DNA of 63,240 bases, the filler included, from Gemmatimonadota bacterium (lineage in GTDB: Bacteria > 4572-55 > J002): NCBI GenBank assembly GCA_003697105.1. It is 3 parts of 3 records of this genome, joined end to end, with 100 filler letters (N's around TTAATTAATTAA, not from the genome) between each part and the next. Parts side by side here need not be neighbours in the genome. Positions count along the whole stretch, not along the records: positions 28,364 to 49,598 come from RFFQ01000179.1; 2 more parts are not named here. One strand, given 5' to 3'. The position numbers and the translations under genes were made by a program. How positions within the stretch are numbered: position 1 is the stretch's first letter; the number at the start of each line of letters is the position of its first letter. Under the pieces are notes generated by a model, which saw only the letters and a program-made list of their open reading frames with translations, did not search any database and was not told the DNA's origin. Shown piece after piece: positions 38,743 to 48,629 of this stretch.

Positions 38743-39084
38743 TTGGAACTATTAACCGCACTACTCATGGCACCACCGCCCGGCGGCAGTGGTGAGGCAC
38801 CGAGTTTTTTGGTGCAAATGATGCCCTTTTTCGTGATCTTTGCCATTATCTATTTTATGATGATCCGTCCCCAACAACAAGAACACAAAAAACGAATGGA
38901 GATGCTGGAAAATCTGAAAAAAGGTGACCGGATTGTCACCACCGGTGGTATCATCGGGCGGATTGACCACCTGAAAGGGAAAGATGTGGTGGTGGTACAG
39001 ATCGCCAATAACGTGAAAGTGGAAATGCGCCGCAGCGCGGTGGGCGAAGTCATCACCAAAGAGAATACAGAGGAGAAAAAATAA
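38743..39084 (+). CDS. yajC: Preprotein translocase subunit YajC
   Basis: YFMMIRPQ and LKKGD.IVT.GGI.G motifs. Confidence 0.95.
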   Translation: MELLTALLMAPPPGGSGEAPSFLVQMMPFFVIFAIIYFMMIRPQQQEHKKRMEMLENLKKGDRIVTTGGIIGRIDHLKGKDVVVVQIANNVKVEMRRSAVGEVITKENTEEKK

Positions 39085-39605
39085 TGGCTGTGTTAGATAT
39101 CCGTATTTATGGCGATCCGGTTCTGCGCAAAACATGCGAACCCGTTACGGAAATTACACCCGAATTACTCAAACTTGCCGACGATATGATTGAAACCATG
39201 TATGAAGCAAACGGGGTCGGTTTAGCCGCACCGCAAGTGGGCAAAACAATCCGTTTAACGGTGATTGACCCTCAAGATGACGTGGAGACAAATCCGAACT
39301 ATGATTACCCCTTAGTGCTATTTAATCCGGAGGTCATCGAAAGCGAAGGAAGCGATGTCTTTGAGGAAGGATGCCTCAGCATCCCGGGTGTCCGCCGCAA
39401 TGTGACCCGTCCCCAGCGGGTCGTCGTAAAAGCACTAGACCGGCATAACAACGAAATCCGCATTGAAGATGACCAACTTCTCGCCCGGGTACTCCAGCAC
39501 GAAATTGACCATCTCAACGGGGTACTCTTCATTGATCATCTCTCCATGATTGACCGTCTTGCCGTTGAACCACAATTACGCAAGCTGAAAACATCCAAGA
39601 TATAA
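39084..39605 (+). CDS. def: Peptide deformylase
   Basis: GVGLAAPQ, EGCLS and QHEIDH motifs. Confidence 0.97.
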   Translation: MAVLDIRIYGDPVLRKTCEPVTEITPELLKLADDMIETMYEANGVGLAAPQVGKTIRLTVIDPQDDVETNPNYDYPLVLFNPEVIESEGSDVFEEGCLSIPGVRRNVTRPQRVVVKALDRHNNEIRIEDDQLLARVLQHEIDHLNGVLFIDHLSMIDRLAVEPQLRKLKTSKI

Positions 39606-39608
39606 ACC

Positions 39609-39642
39609 AAGAAGGGTTGCCATAGGGTAACCCTTTCTTTTT
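39609..39642 (+). terminator. Probable intrinsic terminator
   Basis: AAGGGTTGCC/GGTAACCCTT stem followed by a T-rich tail. Confidence 0.6.
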
Positions 39643-39701
39643 ACGGGCGCGGGCTTTGGAATCCATTCCGAAACCACTCGCGATTCGCTCAGGAGGATAC
39701 A

Positions 39702-40808
39702 ATGTCAATTCGGACACCATTTTACGATAAACATATTGCCGCCGGCGCACGCATGGTCGATTTTGCCGGCTATGAAATGCCCATTCAGTACCAGGGCATT
39801 ATTGCGGAACACGTGACCGTCCGCCAGTCGGTCGGTATGTTCGACTTATCGCACATGGGTGAATTTTGGGTCAGTGGGGCAGATGCCCTCCCCTTTTTGA
39901 TGAAAATGATGACCAACAATGCCAGTAAACTTGCGCCGGGGCAGGTGATGTATAGCGCGATGTGTTACGAGGACGGCGGTATTGTGGATGACCTTTTGGT
40001 GTACCGCGATATGGCGGAAAACCGGTATCTGCTGGTGGTCAATGCGGCTAATATTCAAAAAGATTTTGATTGGCTCCAGCGCCATCTGGAAGGGGATGTA
40101 ACGCTGGAAAATAAAAGTGCCGAAACCGGTTTGCTGGCGATTCAAGGACCCCAAGCAGAGGCAGTTGTCGCTAAAATGACAGACCTCAATCTGGCAGACA
40201 TGCGCTATTACCATTTCGACTACGGTAAAATTGCTGGCTATGATGCCTTAATCTCTCGCACCGGTTATACCGGCGAAGATGGCTTTGAACTCTACCTCCC
40301 GCCAGAAGCGTGTCCTGCCGCCTGGGATGCCGCCGTAGAAGCCGGCGCCGAGTTTGGCATCAAACCGGTCGGCTTAGGCGCCCGGGATACGCTCCGGTTA
40401 GAAATGAAAATGGCACTTTATGGCAATGATATTGACCACACCACCAACCCGATTGAAGCGGGTCTGGGATGGATTTGCAAAACAAAAAATCGAGAATTTA
40501 TCGGGCGCGATGCGATTGTCCGCATGAAAACAGAAAAACCTGCCCGCAAGCTGATCTGCTTTGAAATGCAGGACAAAAATATCCCCCGCCCCCACTATAA
40601 AATTTTTGCCGGAGACCAAGAAGTGGGCACCGTCACCAGTGGTACTAAATCCCCGTCGTTAAAGATCGGCATCGGTTTGGGCTATGTCCAACGTGAGTTC
40701 ACCCAAGAGGGCACGGAACTGCAGATCGAAATCCGCCAGAAAAAAGCCCCGGCAAAAGTGGTTAAGCCTCCCTTTTACAAAAACGGCACAGTTAAAATCG
40801 GTAAGTAA
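39702..40808 (+). CDS. gcvT: Glycine cleavage system aminomethyltransferase
   Basis: FDLSHMG, VVNAAN, RTGYTGEDGFE and GLGARDTLRLE motifs. Confidence 0.96.
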   Translation: MSIRTPFYDKHIAAGARMVDFAGYEMPIQYQGIIAEHVTVRQSVGMFDLSHMGEFWVSGADALPFLMKMMTNNASKLAPGQVMYSAMCYEDGGIVDDLLVYRDMAENRYLLVVNAANIQKDFDWLQRHLEGDVTLENKSAETGLLAIQGPQAEAVVAKMTDLNLADMRYYHFDYGKIAGYDALISRTGYTGEDGFELYLPPEACPAAWDAAVEAGAEFGIKPVGLGARDTLRLEMKMALYGNDIDHTTNPIEAGLGWICKTKNREFIGRDAIVRMKTEKPARKLICFEMQDKNIPRPHYKIFAGDQEVGTVTSGTKSPSLKIGIGLGYVQREFTQEGTELQIEIRQKKAPAKVVKPPFYKNGTVKIGK

Positions 40809-40839
40809 AACTCTAGCTGACCGGATAGATACATAATGC

Positions 40840-40873
40840 GCGAGTCTCTGGAAAGGGGAGAGACTCGCTTTTT
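40840..40873 (+). terminator. Intrinsic terminator after gcvT
   Basis: GCGAGTCTCT-N9-AGAGACTCGC + T5. Confidence 0.75.
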
Positions 40874-40929
40874 AATAGTCAGACCTTCAGTTCACCGTTT
40901 AGGGGTGGCTACGGTCTCGGAGAAAATTG

Positions 40930-42231
40930 ATGCGAATTACTTTTATTCGTCCAAATCTGGCAGATATGCGTTCTACGGACGCGATGCCACCGCTTGCGTT
41001 TGCGGTTTTAGCCGGTGCCACACCTCCAGACTGCGAACTTACGCTACAAGATGAACGATTAGCACCGATCTCCCTCGATTCACCCACAGACCTCGTTGCC
41101 ATCACGGTGGAGACCTACACCGCGCGGCGGGCATACCAAATTGCCAGTGATTTTCAAGCTCGGCATGTACCGGTAGTGATGGGAGGGTTTCATCCCACAT
41201 TTTTACCACAAGAAGCCGACGCTCACGCCGACGCTGTCGTTATCGGGGATGCAGAAACGGTCTGGCCTCAGATTGTCCAGGATGCCCGACACGGCAAATT
41301 ACAACCCATCTATCGCCAACGCAATGGTTCCCCCACAGTGCAGTACCACTGTGACCGCTCGATTTTTGCGAAAAAGAGGTACGTCCCGGTCCATCCGGTC
41401 CAGTTCGGACGGGGATGCAAATTTAACTGCGAGTTTTGCTCAATTCATGTCTTTTATGGGCACCCTCACCGCCACCGTCCGGTTGCCGACATAGTGCGGG
41501 AGATTGAACAGCTAGACCGGCGTCACATCTTTTTTGTGGATGACAATCTCTTTTACCATCCGCAACAAACTGAGACCTTTTTACAGGCATTAATTCCTCT
41601 CCACCTCCGCTGGACTGGCCAAATTAGCATTGATATTGCTCGTCATTCACGTCTAATGGACTTGCTGGCAAAAAGTGGTTGTATTATGGCGTTGATTGGC
41701 TTTGAGTCCTTGAATCCACACAATCTTACCCAAATGCACAAAGCGTGGAACCGCCCACAAGACTATTCCCGCGCCATCCGGGAATTTTACGAGCGGGACA
41801 TCATGCTCTACGGCACGTTTGTGCTGGGGTATGATGAAGACTCCCTAGATACTTTTGATCGCATCCTTGATTTTGCGTTGGAACAGCACTTTTTTCTGGC
41901 AAATTTTAACCCGTTGACACCGATGCCCGGCACGGCACTTTATGCCCGGCTCAAGCGTGAGCACCGCTTGATCTATGACCGCTGGTGGTTACACCCAGAC
42001 TTCCGCTACGGGAACGCGGTTTTTCACCCGCGAGGCATGACCGCCGAACAACTGGCGGCAGGTTGCTACCGTCTTCGGCAAGAATTTAACCGCTATTCCT
42101 CGATGTTCCGGCGTGCCTACGCCGCCCCTCATCGAAACTTAGACCGGATGGGATTATTTCTGGCAGCGAATCTCATCTCACGGCGTGAAATCCACAAAAA
42201 ACAGGGGCTTCCGTTGGGAGGAACGGCATGA
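40930..42231 (+). CDS. Cobalamin-binding-domain radical SAM enzyme 1
   Basis: N-terminal B12-binding Rossmann-like domain (GGFHPT, IGDAE), RGCKFNCEFC, FVDDN, IGFES and TPMPGT motifs. Confidence 0.92.
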   Translation: MRITFIRPNLADMRSTDAMPPLAFAVLAGATPPDCELTLQDERLAPISLDSPTDLVAITVETYTARRAYQIASDFQARHVPVVMGGFHPTFLPQEADAHADAVVIGDAETVWPQIVQDARHGKLQPIYRQRNGSPTVQYHCDRSIFAKKRYVPVHPVQFGRGCKFNCEFCSIHVFYGHPHRHRPVADIVREIEQLDRRHIFFVDDNLFYHPQQTETFLQALIPLHLRWTGQISIDIARHSRLMDLLAKSGCIMALIGFESLNPHNLTQMHKAWNRPQDYSRAIREFYERDIMLYGTFVLGYDEDSLDTFDRILDFALEQHFFLANFNPLTPMPGTALYARLKREHRLIYDRWWLHPDFRYGNAVFHPRGMTAEQLAAGCYRLRQEFNRYSSMFRRAYAAPHRNLDRMGLFLAANLISRREIHKKQGLPLGGTA

Positions 42232-43568
42232 AAATCACCCTAATAAAGCCTAATATCGGACGGATGGAACATAGTCTTTACGTGGATGAAGCCCGCATGG
42301 AACCTCTACAACTGGGTGTGCTGGCGGCATTGACCCCACCGGACGTGGAAGTGGTATTGTACGATGACCGCATGGAAACCATTCCCTATGATGAGCCAAC
42401 CGATTTGGTAGCCATCACCGTGGAGACCTTCACGGCACGACGTGCGTACGAAATCAGTGCCGAATTTCGCCAACGGGGTGTACCGGTCATCATGGGTGGG
42501 ATGCACCCGACACTCATTCCTGAAGATGCCGCGCCCCACGCGGATGCGATTTTGACCGGCGATGCCGAGTTTGTATGGTCGCATGTGGTGGAGGATGCGC
42601 AACGCGGCAGATTGCAACCCCGATATACGGCAGATGTTGGACGGGTGCAACCCGGCACCCCTACCCGGCGCGATATTTTTCAGGGTAAAGGTTATCTGCC
42701 GATCACGTTAGTGCAATTCAGCCGGGGATGCCGGTTCGCCTGCGAATTTTGTGCGGTCAGTGCTTATTTTGGTCAAACCCACCTTGTGCGGAACGTGCGA
42801 GAGGTGGTAGAGGAGATCGAAGCCCAAGAGCGCCGGCTGATTTTCTTCGTCGATGACAATCTGCTGGCGAATCATGCGGCCGCTAAACGGCTTTTCCGGG
42901 AATTGATCCCGCTTAAGATTCGCTGGGTCTCACAGGCGAGTATCGATATGACACAGGATCGGGAACTGATGCAACTCATGGTGAAAAGTGGCTGTCTGGG
43001 GCATGTCGTCGGATTTGAATCGATCAACCCCCCCAGTCTGCGTGGAATGAAAAAAACACCGAACCTCGCTACTGCTGGGGAAGGCTACGCCGAGCCGATC
43101 CGTATCCTCAAAAACCACGGTTTGCAAATTTGGGCGGCGTTCACCCTCGGCCATGACTCCGATACGCTCGACTCGATTCGGCGCACGCTGGATTTTGCCT
43201 TACATCATAAATTTACCTTTGCCGCCTTTAATATTTTAATGCCGTATCCCAATACACCATTATACCGGCGGTTACAGGCGGAAAATCGATTGATGTACGG
43301 CGGAAAATGGTGGGTACATCCCCAATATCGCTTTAATTACGCCGCCTTTCAACCGGCACAAATGACTGCTACCCAATTGACCCGCGCCTGTTTCGAGGCA
43401 CGCTCCCAATTTAACAGCATCAGCTCGATTTTCCGCCGGGCATGGGACTTCCAAACAAATATGCGCTCTCTGTACCGCTTCGCCCTCTATCTGACGTACA
43501 ACCCCTTGTTTCGTAAAGAAACTTTCAAAAAACAAGGCATGAAACTCGGTTTGCGTCACGAACATTAA
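42228..43568 (+). CDS. Cobalamin-binding-domain radical SAM enzyme 2
   Basis: GGMHPT, TGDAE, RGCRFACEFC and FVDDN motifs; ATGA overlap with enzyme 1. Confidence 0.92.
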   Translation: MKITLIKPNIGRMEHSLYVDEARMEPLQLGVLAALTPPDVEVVLYDDRMETIPYDEPTDLVAITVETFTARRAYEISAEFRQRGVPVIMGGMHPTLIPEDAAPHADAILTGDAEFVWSHVVEDAQRGRLQPRYTADVGRVQPGTPTRRDIFQGKGYLPITLVQFSRGCRFACEFCAVSAYFGQTHLVRNVREVVEEIEAQERRLIFFVDDNLLANHAAAKRLFRELIPLKIRWVSQASIDMTQDRELMQLMVKSGCLGHVVGFESINPPSLRGMKKTPNLATAGEGYAEPIRILKNHGLQIWAAFTLGHDSDTLDSIRRTLDFALHHKFTFAAFNILMPYPNTPLYRRLQAENRLMYGGKWWVHPQYRFNYAAFQPAQMTATQLTRACFEARSQFNSISSIFRRAWDFQTNMRSLYRFALYLTYNPLFRKETFKKQGMKLGLRHEH

Positions 43569-43770
43569 CGGGTAAAATTACATAAAAACGTCCGAAGTAG
43601 CGTGCCTGTTTGAACGCGGGGGCGGATAAATCCCGTAAGAATCTCAGAAGAAGTTCCTTTGTTTTGAGGGGTATAGGGCATCTTGCGACCACCGGGTAAA
43701 ATACACGGTATCTTATGCGGGTATTACAGCTCGCCCTCAAAAACCCCGCACGAATAAGAGGATATGACTC

Positions 43771-44763
43771 GTGTTACGCTTCAGGGGATTACCTTGGTTA
43801 TGCCTGTACAGTACAATGCTTTTCGCCCAACCCAACATGGAACACCCTTTTCATACCCCGCAATTGCGGGAAAATCCTCCAATGCTGAATTTCGACCAAC
43901 CGGATACCTCCGCTGTCATGCGAACATACCGGATGTATTACGGTCTGGAATTTGAGGATGTGGATCATCATTTTGGTTATTTTCAAGTGGATAGCATTGC
44001 TCTCGCCGCACATATTTTCTGTCCCCAAGAACCACGAGGTACTGTGATTGTGTTACACGGCTATCTCGATCATGTTGGATTGGTAGCAGGGGCTATTCGC
44101 GCTTGTGTGGGGCAGGGGTATGCGGTGGCCGCATATGACCTGCCGGGGCATGGCTTTTCTTTGGGTACACCTGCCACAATTGGCGATTTTGCAGAATATC
44201 AATCCGGGTTGGAGACGTTCTTGAACCTCTGCCAGTCAAAACTTCCTGCCCCGTATTATGCTATCGGGCATAGCGCCGGGGCGGCAATTTTAATCGATTA
44301 TATCTTGACGCGGGACGAACCTCTCTTTGCAAAAGCGGTGTTTTGTGCACCGCTCGTGCGGTCGGCACACTGGCGCGGCTCAAAATTAGGGGTTTTCCTC
44401 ACCGGTTGGTGGATAAAAAGCGTACCGCGCCGCCAATTTCAGGGTAGCTCCGATTCAACATTTGTGGAACGGCTCAAAACAGACCCGTTTTCGCTTCGGA
44501 ACGTTCCTCTTTCGTGGGTCAAGGCACTCTTCCGTTGGGAAAAGCGGCTACAACGCTACTCTCCTAGCGACCTACCCGTGCTGATTTTACAAGGGAATCA
44601 CGATACTACCGTTGATTGGCGCTATAATCTGTCCTTTTTGCGGCAAAAATTCACGGCGGCACAGGTCATTGAATTTCCCGGTGCAGGACATCATCTATTG
44701 AACGAAGCAGAGCCATACCGGACGCAGATTTACGATAATCTCAACACTTTTCTCACCGAATAA
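43771..44763 (+). CDS. Alpha/beta hydrolase (lysophospholipase/monoglyceride-lipase-like) with possible signal peptide
   Basis: LHGY, DLPGHG, GHSAG nucleophile elbow, D (GNHDTTV) and H (GAGHHL) triad; GTG start with SD AGAGGA. Confidence 0.88.
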   Translation: MLRFRGLPWLCLYSTMLFAQPNMEHPFHTPQLRENPPMLNFDQPDTSAVMRTYRMYYGLEFEDVDHHFGYFQVDSIALAAHIFCPQEPRGTVIVLHGYLDHVGLVAGAIRACVGQGYAVAAYDLPGHGFSLGTPATIGDFAEYQSGLETFLNLCQSKLPAPYYAIGHSAGAAILIDYILTRDEPLFAKAVFCAPLVRSAHWRGSKLGVFLTGWWIKSVPRRQFQGSSDSTFVERLKTDPFSLRNVPLSWVKALFRWEKRLQRYSPSDLPVLILQGNHDTTVDWRYNLSFLRQKFTAAQVIEFPGAGHHLLNEAEPYRTQIYDNLNTFLTE

Positions 44764-44847
44764 CGGTTTACCCTTCTCTTGAATCCCTCGGGAGAGAGGC
44801 TAGAGTATCAAAATCACCCGTAACCTCCGTCGAACAGGTTTTACACC

Positions 44848-46158
44848 ATGAAAATTGCGCTCATCTCCCCCCGAGGAGCCTTATACAAGCATACCGGCGG
44901 TATCTGGAAGAAGTCTCTCCGCTATGCACCGCTGACCCTAACGACATTGGCATCGCTTGTGCCAGCGGAGTTGAACGCGGAGGTCATGTTGGTCGATGAG
45001 GGAGTCACCGATGTGGATTTACATCTGGACGCCGACCTGATCGGCATCAGCGCAATCACCGGTAGTGCCCTCCGCGCTTACGAACTGGCAGACCATTACC
45101 GGCGACGGGGTTTACCGGTGATCTTAGGGGGGGTGCACCCCACCCTAATGCCGGATGAAGCGGCGGAACATGCGGATACCGTTGTAGTCGGTTACGCCGA
45201 GCAAACCTTCCCCCAATTATTACGCGATTTTTCCGCGGGACACTTGCAAGCCCGGTACGTTCAATCGCCAGATTTAAGCCTCGCGAATTTGCCCCATCCC
45301 CGTCGTGACTTGCTGAATCCACATGATTACACCACCATCCATACTAGCGAAGCAACACGCGGTTGCATTCACCAGTGTGACTTTTGCGTCGTACCTAGTG
45401 CTTGGGGACGCCCACGACACAAACCGGTGGCGGAAGTGATCGATGACATCCGCCAGATGCGGGCAAAAAAGCTCATCTTCCTTGACCTCAATCTGATCGC
45501 CAATGTGGCATATGCCAAGGAACTTTTTGCGGCATTGATCCCACTTCGGGTCACGTGGGGCGGGTTGGCAACAACGTTGATCGCCGGGGATGACGAATTG
45601 CTTGATCTGGCCGTGCGGAGTGGCTGCCGGGGCTTGCTGATCGGCTTTGAGACGCTCGCCGAGGAGGCGTTGCAATCGGTGCGCAAAGGGTTTAACCGGC
45701 ATCATGAGTACCGCATTGTGATCGATAAGCTCCACGCTCACAAAATCGCTCTGATGGGCACCTTTGTGTTTGGCTTCGATCATGACACGAAGGAGACATT
45801 CGATCAGGTAGCGGATTTTGTCCTGGATTCTCACATCGATTTACCACGCTTTGCCATTTTAACCCCTTTTCCGGGCACACCGTTATATCGTAAATTGGTT
45901 GCAGAAGATCGTATCCTGACTCAAAATTGGAGTCTCTACGATGGTCAGCATGTGGTCTTTCAACCGTACCAGATGTCGCCAGAGGAACTTTGGCGGGGCA
46001 CAGAAGCCGTCTGGAAACGGGTTTACCGGTATCGCTCCATTGCTCGGCGATTAGCGGGTGCGCGGGTGCAACTACCGCTGGTGATTCCGGCAAACATCGG
46101 CTACCGGTTTTATGCCTATCGCTTGCACCAATTTTATACCTGCGATTGGAGGAATTAA
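44848..46158 (+). CDS. Cobalamin-binding-domain radical SAM enzyme 3 (most divergent paralog)
   Basis: GGVHPT, VGYAE, RGCIHQCDFC, FLDLN and TPFPGT motifs. Confidence 0.92.
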   Translation: MKIALISPRGALYKHTGGIWKKSLRYAPLTLTTLASLVPAELNAEVMLVDEGVTDVDLHLDADLIGISAITGSALRAYELADHYRRRGLPVILGGVHPTLMPDEAAEHADTVVVGYAEQTFPQLLRDFSAGHLQARYVQSPDLSLANLPHPRRDLLNPHDYTTIHTSEATRGCIHQCDFCVVPSAWGRPRHKPVAEVIDDIRQMRAKKLIFLDLNLIANVAYAKELFAALIPLRVTWGGLATTLIAGDDELLDLAVRSGCRGLLIGFETLAEEALQSVRKGFNRHHEYRIVIDKLHAHKIALMGTFVFGFDHDTKETFDQVADFVLDSHIDLPRFAILTPFPGTPLYRKLVAEDRILTQNWSLYDGQHVVFQPYQMSPEELWRGTEAVWKRVYRYRSIARRLAGARVQLPLVIPANIGYRFYAYRLHQFYTCDWRN

Positions 46159-46159
46159 G

Positions 46160-47533
46160 ATGCGCTTAACTCTGATTCATCCGTGTATCGGACGGCGCCT
46201 GGGTGCGCCGTATATCCGGTCGTGGCAAATGGAACCCCTTGCCCCGGCAGTACTCGCCGGATTGACCCCACCGGAGATTGACATTACCTTTTATGATGAC
46301 CGGCTAGAGCGCATCCCCTATGACGAACCCACCGATCTGGTGGCAATCAGCGTGGAAACCTACACCGCCCGCCGGGCATATCAAATTGCTTCTGAATATC
46401 GCCGGCGAGGTGTACCGGTTGTGATGGGTGGCTTTCATGCCACCCTTGTACCGGAGGAGGTTCAACAATACGCCGAAACCGTGATCATTGGCGAGGCAGA
46501 GGAGATTTGGCAGGATTTTATCGACGATTTTCGGACCGGAGCGCCACATCCCGTTTACCGGGCGGTTCGGCGACCCTCCCGCCGAGGGGTTCGCCCGGAT
46601 CGTTCTCTTTTTACAGGCAAGCGGTATCTGCCGGTTGGTTTGGTTGAGGCGGGTAGAGGGTGCCAGTTCACTTGCGATTTTTGCGCGATCAGCGCCTATT
46701 TTGGCAATACCCAAACTCGCCGTCCCGTCGATGAAATCATTGATGAAATTCGCCAAATCCACAAACCACTTCTTTTTTTTGTGGATGACAACATTGCCGC
46801 CAATATGGATCAAGCGAAACCGTTTTTTCAGGCATTGATTCCCTTGAAGATCAAATGGGTCGGGCAAGCGAGCATCAACGCCGCCCATGATGAGGAATTT
46901 TTGCACCTGATCCGCGCTAGTGGCTGTCAGGGCTTATTGATCGGCTTTGAGACACTCAATCCAGACAATCTGCGGCAGATGCGCAAGGGGTTCAATACCA
47001 TGAACGGAGGGTACGGCGCGGCGTTGGCAAATCTGCGGCGTTATGGCATCCGGCTCTACCCGACGTTTGTCATCGGCTACGATCAGGATACCGAAGAGAC
47101 CTTCCGGGAAGTCCTGGAATTCTCGCTCTATCACCAATTTTACATGGTGGCGTTTAACCACTTGACCCCGTTCCCCGGTACGCCCCTTTACACCCGCTTG
47201 GAACAGGAGGGACGGCTACGGTTTGACAAATGGTGGCTCGACCCGGCATACCGTTACGGGATGGTGCCGTTTATGCCCCAACACCTCGATCCGGTTACGC
47301 TACAGGAAAAATGTGTAGAAGCGCGAAAAGCATTTTATAGCTTGAGTTCGATTGTTAAACGCAGTCTGGATTTTCGGGTCAATTGCCGCAATTTTTTGAT
47401 GGGGTCTAACTTTTTCGTGATTAACCTACTGCTGCGGAAGGAAGCTCAACAGCGGCGGGGCTATCCCCTAGGTGATGAAGCGTTTCGTGGCGAATTGCTC
47501 AAGGTGGGGTCATACCATGAAATTCACGTTTAG
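46160..47533 (+). CDS. Cobalamin-binding-domain radical SAM enzyme 4
   Basis: Start ATG 46160 with SD GGAGG; GGFHAT, IGEAE, RGCQFTCDFC, FVDDN and TPFPGT motifs. Confidence 0.92.
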   Translation: MRLTLIHPCIGRRLGAPYIRSWQMEPLAPAVLAGLTPPEIDITFYDDRLERIPYDEPTDLVAISVETYTARRAYQIASEYRRRGVPVVMGGFHATLVPEEVQQYAETVIIGEAEEIWQDFIDDFRTGAPHPVYRAVRRPSRRGVRPDRSLFTGKRYLPVGLVEAGRGCQFTCDFCAISAYFGNTQTRRPVDEIIDEIRQIHKPLLFFVDDNIAANMDQAKPFFQALIPLKIKWVGQASINAAHDEEFLHLIRASGCQGLLIGFETLNPDNLRQMRKGFNTMNGGYGAALANLRRYGIRLYPTFVIGYDQDTEETFREVLEFSLYHQFYMVAFNHLTPFPGTPLYTRLEQEGRLRFDKWWLDPAYRYGMVPFMPQHLDPVTLQEKCVEARKAFYSLSSIVKRSLDFRVNCRNFLMGSNFFVINLLLRKEAQQRRGYPLGDEAFRGELLKVGSYHEIHV

Positions 47534-48629
47534 GTATGCCACTCCAAAAGATGACCCAGAGATTCGGGAATTATTGCGCACCGTGCCGGTGCCGGGCGCG
47601 GTGCCAGTGACTTACGAGCGGGAACCCAATTATTTTCTTGGGTGCGGGGTGATGGGGCAGACCTGTCAGGTGCTCATTTCCCGGCACACCGCGAGTGGCA
47701 AACTGGCAGGGATTGCTTGCCGGGCAATCCGCCCGATGTATGTCAATAGTGAGGTGCGGCAGATTGCCTATTTAAGCCAACTTCGGGTGCATCCGCAATT
47801 TCAAGGATATTGGATCACCTCAAAAGGATTCCGGTTTTTGCGGCAGGTACACGATGATCATCCAGCAGAGGGACAGCTAACCACCATTATTGAGGGCAAC
47901 CGGCTAGCAAAATCAGTTCTAGTGGATAAACCCCGCCGTCATTTTCCGGTATATCGCTGGTGGGATCGCTTTTGTGTGTTGGCAATTGTGGTTACTCAAT
48001 TCCGAAAAGATTTTAAGACATATCAAGATTTTGAAAATTCCGTTCCTACCGCATCCGATCTACCTGAAATTATCGCTTTTTTGAACAAACATGGTGCAAA
48101 ACGGCAGTTTTTCCCGGTTTACACGACCTCTGATTTTGCAGAATCCCCACTAACCCGAGATTTTCAGCCGGCGGATTTCCGGCTCGTGCGCCGGCAGGGG
48201 CAGATCGCCGGTGTGATGGGCTACTGGGATCAATCCCAGTTTAAGCAGACGGTTGTACAGGGATATACCGGAATGTTACGCGGGTTGCGCCCGTTCTACA
48301 ATGCGATAATGCCGTTTGTCGGGCATCCCCGTTTGCCAGAAGTGGGTAAGCCCATCCGCTACAGCTACGCTAGTTTTTGGGCAGTAAAAGAAGAGGATCC
48401 GACAATATTCGATCACCTCCTCCGGGCGATTGTTGCCCTTGCCGCAGAACGCCATCAGGCGTATGTAATGATTGGACTTTCCACGCGGGACCCACTGTTT
48501 GCGCTTGCCCGAAAATGGCGTCATATCCCCTATTATAGCCACCTTTACACCGTCACTTGGAACGATGGAGCCCCTTTCCATGAACAGCTCGACTCCCGCC
48601 CCCCCTACCTTGACATCGCCGCGTATTGA
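47517..48629 (+). CDS. GNAT-like acyltransferase, probably two GNAT-type domains
   Basis: FRYATPKDD N-terminus, YLSQLRVHPQFQG (GNAT motif A-like), second 'DLPEIIAFLN...IAGVMGYWD' half; overlaps the end of enzyme 4. Confidence 0.7.
   Translation: MKFTFRYATPKDDPEIRELLRTVPVPGAVPVTYEREPNYFLGCGVMGQTCQVLISRHTASGKLAGIACRAIRPMYVNSEVRQIAYLSQLRVHPQFQGYWITSKGFRFLRQVHDDHPAEGQLTTIIEGNRLAKSVLVDKPRRHFPVYRWWDRFCVLAIVVTQFRKDFKTYQDFENSVPTASDLPEIIAFLNKHGAKRQFFPVYTTSDFAESPLTRDFQPADFRLVRRQGQIAGVMGYWDQSQFKQTVVQGYTGMLRGLRPFYNAIMPFVGHPRLPEVGKPIRYSYASFWAVKEEDPTIFDHLLRAIVALAAERHQAYVMIGLSTRDPLFALARKWRHIPYYSHLYTVTWNDGAPFHEQLDSRPPYLDIAAY

Noticed and set aside
40809-40929. Cobalamin riboswitch ahead of the B12 enzymes
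   Set aside because: No B12-box consensus is visible; the only strong structure is the gcvT terminator.
43764-43955. 63-aa ORF as a precursor peptide
   Set aside because: It overlaps the hydrolase out of frame. The SD is 1 nt from its ATG but 8 nt from the hydrolase GTG.
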